DNA of 64,000 bases from Planctomycetota bacterium (GTDB lineage: Bacteria > Planctomycetota > SZUA-567 > H5-PLA8): the NCBI GenBank assembly GCA_038227875.1, contig JBBRPR010000034.1:22478-86477 (forward strand), written 5' to 3'. The notes below the pieces were generated by a model that was given only the letters and a program-made list of their open reading frames with translations, did not search any database and was not told the origin of the DNA. Below are positions 19,701 to 27,100 of this stretch, piece after piece. The first letter of the stretch is position 1; each line of letters begins with the position of its first letter. The position numbers and the translations under genes were made by a program.

Positions 19701-20655
19701 CACGCAGGGTACGGGCTCCAGCGTCATGCACACCTACGCTACTCCTGGCACGTACATCGCGTCCGTCACGATTAATGATGGCCGCGGCGGCTCCATCAAC
19801 AGCAGCACGATGCTCACGGTCAACTCCGCCGTCCCGCCGACGCTGCAGATCAATGCCGCGCCCGCGACGGCCGGTGTCGGACAGACAGTTACGTTCGCCA
19901 CTTCATCGGGGGTTCCTGCGATTCCGCTCACCTACGTCTGGAATTTCGGCGACGGCGCGACGGGCATGGGCGCAACGGTGACCCACGCATACGCAGCGGC
20001 GGGAAGTTACAACGTCTCGGTGGTCGTCACCGATGGCCTCGGCGGCACCGGCAACGGCGTGGCCACCGAAACCGTTAACGCGCCGGTCATCGGCGCAGGC
20101 AACGATAGCGACGGCGATGGTTTCTCCGATGGTTTCGAAAACACGGTCGGCACAAATCCCGCGGACGCGACCAGCACCCTCACCGGCGCGCCGGCGGTGG
20201 CGGGAAGCATCCTGCCGCTGACGCTCAGCAAGGCCTCGATCAAGTTGAACTTCGCCAAGGGCGGTTCCGACACCATCGGCTTCAGCGGAACATTGAACGT
20301 GCCGGCGGGCTTCGTTCTGAGCGGAGCCAAAGTGAGCGTCGATGTCTCCGGCGTCGCGCGCAACTTCGCGCTCGATGGCAAGGGCAGCGCGAAACTGGCG
20401 GATGGTTCGGTCTTCAAGCTCTCCGCGAAGGCCACGAAGGGCAAGGTTGCCGCGCAAACGGCGAAGTTCTCGGCCACACTGCCCAAGGGCACGTTCGCGG
20501 CGACGCTCGCACCGACGGGCCTGGTTGGAAGCGCCGATGCGAAGGGCAAGAGCGTCAAGGTCGCCTTCACGGTCGTCTTTAATCAGCTGTTGCTGCAGAA
20601 GATTCAGACGATGAGCTTCTCGGCCAAGAAAGGCAAGACCGGTTCGGCCAAGTAA
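16753..20655 (+). CDS. Secreted autotransporter-associated beta-strand repeat protein with 2 PKD domains, a TSP3-like Ca-binding motif and a Lys-rich C-terminal domain (no beta-barrel)
   Basis: Signal peptide (AQA); repeated KxGxGxxTLxGxNxYTGxTTVxxGTL; YTWNFGDG...HTY x2; DSDGDGFSDGFE...GTNP; ends KKGKTGSAK. Confidence 0.9.
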   Translation: MHRFDWSKQLAGMVLVAALCCCARAQAMVHTWQGPANGNWSAGGNWVGGVPPTSGEVGGTIVEFNSNSTSIQNIVGLTVDLIHFKGSGNTINGTMPLTISGASLTVNIQDDAGGNTLSSSLALVLTGASVEAAVTTGTLTMAGNLSGTVGFVENGPGTIDFTMASNTYSGVTTVLQGTLRLNSNGANSAVPGTLVIGNGLQPANSAIVKLLQSAEIATTSAITVKADGALNFNNFLQSAATLTIIDGTVSLGTGTLTLSGAIAMTGGTISGNSGGNVSLGANITATSSATASAKISAALNLNATRTFTVNTGSVTPDLLINGIIGNGVATSGVFKTGTGTMDVVASQAFTYTGTTTVDKGVMEINTTVGAIINGPLVIGNGVDPAGSATLRELNSSDISSASTVQIASSGVLDMNTHTDVVGALTGLGQIAINSGSLTVNNDNSTTSFDGTITGATGTFRKSGTGSLTLTGNNPFTGTTTVVQGTLILNSPGIDTAVQGPLTVGIGIFAANSAILKVLQNAEIANTSLVTVNSDGKFDLNGKVDTIGALTLNAGNVTLGVGALTTNGLLTMFGGNVAAGGTLSLGGDVVATSTATSAAVIASSLTLNATRTFTVNAGVTQPELTINGVINNGLPMSGITKTGTGAMFLQGTAGNLFNGVTTVDKGLLQISDTVGQNILGNIVIGNNVDSANSAILRDLNSSDIAAAATITINSSGQLDVNGFTETIAALSGTGSIKLGSGALTFGANNSAQTYSGTISGTGNIRKTGSGVQTLTGNNTLTGQTQILAGTLLVNGSQGASNVVLSGGSTLGGTGTVGNVAVTASTIAPGGAAPGQLSTGNIALDTNSTITFRLKDSVSAFDALNVTGTVTLGNCAIQLSIDPAFAGGGVLALINNDLADAVVGTSKSFTEAQAVPLNTNTSVFSYMGGTGNDVVLTIANIPPSLTSAANANPSPATATLPVTFSVGASDGNNDTLTYTWNFGDGTQGTGSSVMHTYATPGTYIASVTINDGRGGSINSSTMLTVNSAVPPTLQINAAPATAGVGQTVTFATSSGVPAIPLTYVWNFGDGATGMGATVTHAYAAAGSYNVSVVVTDGLGGTGNGVATETVNAPVIGAGNDSDGDGFSDGFENTVGTNPADATSTLTGAPAVAGSILPLTLSKASIKLNFAKGGSDTIGFSGTLNVPAGFVLSGAKVSVDVSGVARNFALDGKGSAKLADGSVFKLSAKATKGKVAAQTAKFSATLPKGTFAATLAPTGLVGSADAKGKSVKVAFTVVFNQLLLQKIQTMSFSAKKGKTGSAK

Positions 20656-20694
20656 ATCGTGATCCCCCTGAATACAGAAAGGAATGTTCAGCCC

Positions 20695-21101
20695 ATGAAA
20701 CGCGACAAACTCGAATCCGAACTGTGGAATTGCCCCGGCGCCTTTCAAAACCAGTGTCCGCGCGAATGGGCGAAGCTGAACAAGACCGATGATGAAGGAA
20801 TACGTTACTGCTCGGCGTGCGCGCAGAATGTGTATCTGGCGCGCACGCCGAGCGAATTTGTGAAACACGGTGAGCAGGCCACTGCGTCGCGGTTCCCGAA
20901 CGCTGCACGCCGGACACCGCGACACGCATGCTGATGGGCCGCATCGGTCCACTGGCTGTGGAGCGTCTGCTGCGCGAGCAGGAAATCGCACGCGACTGGT
21001 GGCTGGAAGTGCTGGCCAACAAGCCCACATTTGAACGCGAAGTCATGGCCGCGCTGTCGGAATGTTTGCATGCGACGGACGAAGTGGAGGGGCAAAAATG
21101 A
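20695..21101 (+). pseudogene. Frameshifted small Cys-rich protein (CPxxW...RxCxxC...VY...H...GHCVA type)
   Basis: Reads MKRDKLESELWNCPGAFQNQCPREW...RYCSACAQNVYLARTPSEFVKHGEQ. Restoring one G at about 20877 continues GHCVAVPERCTPD...WWLEVLANKP...EGQK* (TGA 21099-21101). Confidence 0.6.
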
Positions 21102-21143
21102 TTCCGAGCTCTAAGAATCCCTCCGAAAAAACGTTCTCCTTGT

Positions 21144-21356
21144 ATGCCATATGTCACGTGGATGCCGATTAAAGGTAGCACGTATTACTTGGGCAAAGCC
21201 TCAGGTAAATTTGTGTTTCGCGATACAAATGGCAATCCCATCTCACGTGACAACGCCGTCCGCTTTCCAACCTTCGATGCCGCGCAATGCGCGGTCTTGC
21301 GCGCCGATCGACGCTACCGCGACGACTTCCCGCGTATCGAACAAGTTCAAGAATAA
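21144..21356 (+). CDS. Small hypothetical protein (70 aa)
   Basis: ORF track; protein-like composition and lower GC; no recognised motif. Confidence 0.4.
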   Translation: MPYVTWMPIKGSTYYLGKASGKFVFRDTNGNPISRDNAVRFPTFDAAQCAVLRADRRYRDDFPRIEQVQE

Positions 21357-21378
21357 CTCAACAACACCGTGTTTTTTT

Positions 21379-21412
21379 CGGGTGCTTAGGGACAGTTGTC
21401 CCTAAGCACTCG
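21379..21412. repeat. Near-perfect palindrome (13-bp arms, 2-nt centre)
   Basis: GTGCTTAGGGACA-GT-TGTCCCTAAGCAC; the T-run lies before rather than after it, so it is not a canonical terminator. Confidence 0.8.
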
Positions 21413-21569
21413 GCTTGACGAATAGAGCTTCGACCTTATGGATTCGAGGCCTCAAGGAAGAAAGTGCCACGCCGTCCATCTGTCCAATTTCCTTACACAA
21501 AATCTTAACTTCCTCCATATCCGCGGTGTAAAAGTATGCATACGTATTGAATCGCGGAGCCGAACGTCC

Positions 21570-23591
21570 ATGAAAATCACGCCTGCACTCTTCCTCATTT
21601 ACATTCTCTTCTCCGCCAGCACGATGCTCGGCGCAGACAGTCTCGGCTGGCGCGGCGACGGCTCCGGCCGCTACCCCGACGCGACGCCACCTCTTAAGTG
21701 GGAACGCGTGAGCAAGGCCACCGCCGCGCTGCGCTTTCAGACGCAGAAGCCCGGCGACGCGCCCAGCGGTTCGCCCATGACCGACGGTGTCGTGCGCGAG
21801 TGGCTGGTGCTGGGGCCGTACACACCGCCGGAACCGAAGCCATTCGAAAGCGACACGATGCCCGATGAAACGAATCTCGCGCCCGCCGAAGGCGATAAGG
21901 TGGGCGAACTCGTCTGGAAGAAAACCGCGAAGCTTGAGAACGCCATCGTCGATTTCAACGCTGCCTTCGGCAAACAGACTGCCGGCATGGGCTACGCGTT
22001 CACCTACGTTTACGCGGAAGTGCCGGGCAACTACATGCTCAATGTCACGAGCTCCGATGCAGTTCGTCTCGTCATCAACTCTGTCGCTGCGAAATCCATT
22101 GGCGGCCGCATGACCGCGCCGCTGAAGAAGGGCTGGAATTCAGTTTTGCTGAAAGCCAAGCCGGGCGGGTCGTCGTGGTTCGTCGAACCGATTTTCTACC
22201 CGCCGCAGCCGCCGGAATTCACGGAAAACAACATCGCCTGGCACACGTTTCTGCCCGGGTGGGATGCCGACGGCTACGGCGCGGTCGCCGGGTCCGGTAT
22301 GCCGATTCTCGTCGGCGATAAACTCTTTCTGCTGTGCGAACCGCACGACCTCGTCTGTCTCGACAAGAACACGGGCAAGGTGCTTTGGGCGCGCACGAAT
22401 TCTTATTTCGACGCCATACCCGAAGCCGACCGCAAGGCCAATCCGGAGATCGCCGCGCTCGCGCCGACGGCCGAAAAGCTCAGCACACTGATGGATACGC
22501 TGAAAGACGGCCCGTTCGACAAAACCAAAATGGCCTCTCGCAACAAAATGCAGGGGGAACTTTACGCCGCGCTCGCGAAAATCGATCCCAAGCAATACAA
22601 GCTCCCCGGCGGACAGGACGTGGGCATCGCGGGCAACGCGCCGGTCAGCGATGGCAAGCACGTGTACGTCTGGCTGCTCTCCGGCGTGGCTGCGTGTTAT
22701 GACCTGGACGGCAAGCGCGAGTGGATCAAGCTCGAAAATAAGCCGGCGATCGAACACGGCTTTTCGTCGACGCCCACGATCCTCGACGGAAAATTGATCA
22801 CCTACATGCGCGAATTGATGGCGCGCGACGTCAAGACTGGCGAGATGGTCTGGCATTTCCAAGTGAGCAAATTTCTCGAAGGCCAGAGCATTGCCGGACA
22901 CTTCCACGAGTCGTTCACCAAGGCCACGCTCGGCGGGCAGGACTACCTGGTCGTGCCCAACGGCACGCTGGTGCGCCCCACCGACGGCAAGATCGTCTTC
23001 GCCGATCCGCGCCTGGCCGGCTATCAGCACATCCCATCGGCGGTGATGAGCGGACGCACGATGCTCTGGCAGTCGACGCAGGGCACGCTCTACATCGTCA
23101 CGTTTCCCGACAAGGCCGCCGACACGTTGGTACCAGAATCGTTCAAGGAAGTGAAGATTCCGACGATTCAGTTTCCATCCTTTTACAACGACTGGCACAT
23201 GTCCTCGCCGCTGGTCCACGACGGACTCGCTTACCTGATGAACAACGTGGGCGTCATGACAGTGGTCGATGTCGCCGAAGGCAAAATCGTCTACCAGCGG
23301 CAGCTGGACCTCGACGGCTTCGCGTCGCACGCGGAAGCCGCCTGCCGCGGCATGGGCTGCAGTCCGACGCTGGCGGGAAAGTACATTTACTTTGTCGGGT
23401 CGAGCAACACGGTGCTGGTGATCGAACCGGGCCGCACGTACAAACAGATTGCAAAAAATCGCATCGAGCGGCAGTATCTGGAATGGGGCTGGTCGACCCG
23501 CCAGGAACGCACGGTCGCCTGCCCGATCTTCGACGGCAAGCGGCTGTTCCTGCGCGCGGAGAGCGGCTTGTATGCGATTGAGGAGAAGTGA
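21570..23591 (+). CDS. Secreted PQQ-like/BamB-family beta-propeller protein
   Basis: Signal peptide, WRGDGSGRYP, LVCLDKNTGKVLW, PVSDGKHVY, SSPLVHDGLAY, PIFDGKRLFLRAESGLYAI; ATG 21570 follows GGAG. Confidence 0.88.
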   Translation: MKITPALFLIYILFSASTMLGADSLGWRGDGSGRYPDATPPLKWERVSKATAALRFQTQKPGDAPSGSPMTDGVVREWLVLGPYTPPEPKPFESDTMPDETNLAPAEGDKVGELVWKKTAKLENAIVDFNAAFGKQTAGMGYAFTYVYAEVPGNYMLNVTSSDAVRLVINSVAAKSIGGRMTAPLKKGWNSVLLKAKPGGSSWFVEPIFYPPQPPEFTENNIAWHTFLPGWDADGYGAVAGSGMPILVGDKLFLLCEPHDLVCLDKNTGKVLWARTNSYFDAIPEADRKANPEIAALAPTAEKLSTLMDTLKDGPFDKTKMASRNKMQGELYAALAKIDPKQYKLPGGQDVGIAGNAPVSDGKHVYVWLLSGVAACYDLDGKREWIKLENKPAIEHGFSSTPTILDGKLITYMRELMARDVKTGEMVWHFQVSKFLEGQSIAGHFHESFTKATLGGQDYLVVPNGTLVRPTDGKIVFADPRLAGYQHIPSAVMSGRTMLWQSTQGTLYIVTFPDKAADTLVPESFKEVKIPTIQFPSFYNDWHMSSPLVHDGLAYLMNNVGVMTVVDVAEGKIVYQRQLDLDGFASHAEAACRGMGCSPTLAGKYIYFVGSSNTVLVIEPGRTYKQIAKNRIERQYLEWGWSTRQERTVACPIFDGKRLFLRAESGLYAIEEK

Positions 23592-23618
23592 GAAAAAAGT
23601 GCGGTAAGATTCGGGACA

Positions 23619-24065
23619 ATGGTCTCTGACATATCTACGCTGAAACGAAGATTTCAATTCAGCTTGCGCACTGCCATCGTTTGCGTATTTGCTGCTGCAC
23701 TTCTCGTGTACGCAAATTCGTACGAACAACCGCTGGCGACTTCGCAGAACGTTCTTTTAGTCAGCGGCGCGGGATGGCCGTGGATCTACCGCGTGTACGC
23801 TCACGGGGAATGTAAGACCTGGTTCCACGAAAAAGACGTCGGCGCCCTCTATGCAGTGCCGATTGCGGACTTTGGTTCCGAGCGATGGCAAGAATTAACA
23901 AACGCCCTCTATACCGCCTATCACATTGCGGGCGGGCGTTATTGGCGGCTTTTGGGTAATGTTGTGATTGCGCTTCTGATCCTGATTTCTATTGCCTTTG
24001 TAAGCGAACGGGGGTTTAATCGAAGGAAATCCGTACAAGCAACCTCAATCCAAATCAACGATTAA
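23619..24065 (+). CDS. Small membrane protein with planctomycete-type RRFQFSLRT N-terminal motif
   Basis: RRFQFSLRTAIV + TM, GWPW, C-terminal TM; lower GC than neighbours. Confidence 0.7.
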   Translation: MVSDISTLKRRFQFSLRTAIVCVFAAALLVYANSYEQPLATSQNVLLVSGAGWPWIYRVYAHGECKTWFHEKDVGALYAVPIADFGSERWQELTNALYTAYHIAGGRYWRLLGNVVIALLILISIAFVSERGFNRRKSVQATSIQIND

Positions 24066-24138
24066 AAATATATTTAACTTTATTTTATAACGATATCATT
24101 TATTGTGTGTCCTTAGCTTGAATCGCGGAGGTCACTCC

Positions 24139-27100
24139 ATGCAACTGGCTCGCTCGATTCGTATCGTCCTCTTCGCTCTGCTGGCGACCTGTGCGACCCA
24201 GGCCGCCGAGGAAACGCTCGAAAAAAATATCTCACTCGAAGATCCCGGCTTCAACTGCCAGCGCGCGGTGATGACCGCGGGGCGCGATGGCAAGGTCTAT
24301 CTGCTCTCCGGAAAAGTCGGGAACTCCCATCTGATCCAGATGAATCCCGATGGCAGCGAGCAGGTCGGTATTCACGGCGACTCTGCGCCGACCAACGCGA
24401 CTGCCAATGCCTCGGGTTGGATCATCTCCGGCCACGCGCATCTCGTTCACAAAATTACGATCCGCAATCCGAAATTCGAAGTGAAGGCGGAGTTCAAAGA
24501 CTTTTCGTGCAGCGACAAACTCGGCTGGGACGCTCCGGCGCACGTGGAAGCCGGCGCAAGCGGCGATTTTTACGTGCTGGATCAACACCGCGATCGCATT
24601 CTACGCATCGACGCGAACTGCAAGATTCTCCGCACCATTCCCCTGCCCCACACGCCCGAAGGCAATCCCGGCATCACCGCCGATTTTCGCGTCAACGAAG
24701 CGCACGAGATGCTCGTGATCCGCAGCCGCCAGGGGAAACTGCGCGCGATCGGCATGGATGGAAAGCCGAAATTCGAAATCCCCAACAACCCGTCCGAACG
24801 CGCGTACGACCTTTCCAAAGACGGCACGCTCTTTCTGCTGCCGTACATGGGCACGGAAATTCTACGCTTCGATGCCGATGGCAAGCCGCTGGCGAAAGTG
24901 AAACTCGCGCTGGGCGAACTCAAGCCCGATTCCAAGCTGCCGTGGTTCAACGAACTCGCGTTTGCCGGAACGAAGCTGCTGCTGCGCCGCGCGCACGAAA
25001 CGGAATTCTTCCGCGAATTCGATCCGGAATCCGGCGCACAGGAAAACATCGTGACCTCGCGCTACGAACGGATGGTCGCGCACTTCCCCAGCCTGACGTG
25101 GAACGCCGGCGAAGCCGTGCCATTCAAAATCGAGTACGAAGCCGCAGGCGGCGCGGTAGCTCCGAACTGGCACGTCTTCGCGCGCCCGCTGGAAGCACCC
25201 GGCTTCACCGAGCTAAAGCTCCACGACAACACGCTCGACATTCCCGCCACGTCGGCCGGGCTTTACCTGGTGGAGATCACCACCGGCCTCAATCCCCAGC
25301 AGGAAAAGACCGACGCGCTGCGGCTGTTGCGCACCCTCGTCGAAATTCGCAAGTCCGGCGCGAAAGGCACGGTCGCCGTGATGACACCGGACAACCGCGT
25401 CTTTTATGGACGCGGCGAGCCAATCCCGCTCGAAATCTCCAGCCGCGCGAGCCAGAAGAATGAATCGCTCGACGTCAACGTGCTGCTCACCGACGCCGCC
25501 GGGACGATCGTCGCGCAGGAAAGCGTCGCGCTGAAATCCGATGCCCCCGCGAAGCTTACGATTCCCGTGTCGCTGACGAAATCCCTTATCCCCGGCGCGT
25601 ATCTGCTCGCGCCAGTCGCCGCGGGTTGGACCTGCGTGCCGCAGCATCTCACGATCGGAGCAGGCTTCGACGACAACCCCATGTTTCTGATGGAGTACGG
25701 TGACTACGGCGACATTCTGCCCACCGGCGATTTCTGGACCGCGCCCACCGCCACGGAAAACGGTCTCGCGCGGAAGCAGAAGCTGGGTCTGAATTTCATC
25801 GTCGACCGGCTGGGCAGCCCGTTGGTGGCCGGGCACTTTGATTGGACGCCGGCCGATCAAAAAAATCTCTTCGCGCCGCTGGTCAAACGCCTGACGGACG
25901 ATCCGCTCGCGATTCCGCCGGAAAAATCACACGTCGCACCACCGCTCTTCCAAGCCATGGCGGCCACCGGCGCGTTCGGCATCCACGAGATGTCCATTCT
26001 GCTCACCAACGACGCGGGATTGCCGCTGGGCACCGGCTACGATACGCGCAAGCCCGACGACATGGTTGCCGCCGTGAAGAAGATCACAACGGCGCTGGTT
26101 CCCTACCCCGCCTTCCGCGGCTGGATCTGGGCGTCGAACTGGTGGGTGTTCGGCAATCGCGGCAGCGCGGCAGCCACCACGCCGGAAGACAAGAAAGCCT
26201 ACGACGATTCCCTCAAGATCGCGCTGGCCACCGGCGCGTGGGATCCGGTGATCGACAAGGTCTCCAACCTGCGCGTTAGTTACGCCAAAGACGCGTGCGA
26301 ATTGTTCAACGCCGCCAAGAAGGAGATTGCGCCGCAGTTGGTCTCCGCCGTCGCCGCGCCGTTCCGCAGCGTCGAATCGTATCCGCCGATCAGCCTATCC
26401 GCCGTCGACGAGACCGACCTGCAGGCGCAGTGGGAACAGATGGCCATTCCCTTTGCCTCGGCGTTCAACGTCGATTTCTACAAGCGTCCCGGCAAACCGG
26501 CGTGGGGGCATCCGGAGATCTGGAACGATTCCGGCACCGGCGATCAAATCGGACCGACGCTTTTCCACCTTCTGATGCGCGGCGCCGACGGCATCGGCGC
26601 GTGCGGCGCTATTCCGCCGTGGAGCCACCTGCGCGAAGATCCGCGTTCGGCGCACTTTTTCACCGCGTCGGTCTTCCGCTCGTCCTTTGCATTGGTGAAA
26701 CCGTACGGCGCGCTCTTCCGCTCACTGCAGAACGACGACCCGGTCGCGATCCTGCTCTCCGGCCGCATGTACAAAACCGACACGTGGAAAGATGTGATGG
26801 GTCTCCACTTTTCGCGCGTGTACGAATCGTATCTCTCGTGTCTTTATGCCGGGACGCCGGCCTCGCTGGTCTTCGTCGAAGATCTGAAGCCTGAGACGCT
26901 CAAGAAATTCAAAGCGATCCTGCTCGTTGATCAGCGCTTCGAACCGGAGCCGGAATTGCTGCAGGCGCTGAAATCCGCGCAGGCTGGTGGCACGCCGGTG
27001 TTTTACGACGGCAATTGCCTGGAGAAGTTCTGCACCGATTTCAAACCGCTGGGCTTTAAGTTCGCCTCCGTGGAAACCGATCGCAGCCCCGCCGGAGACG

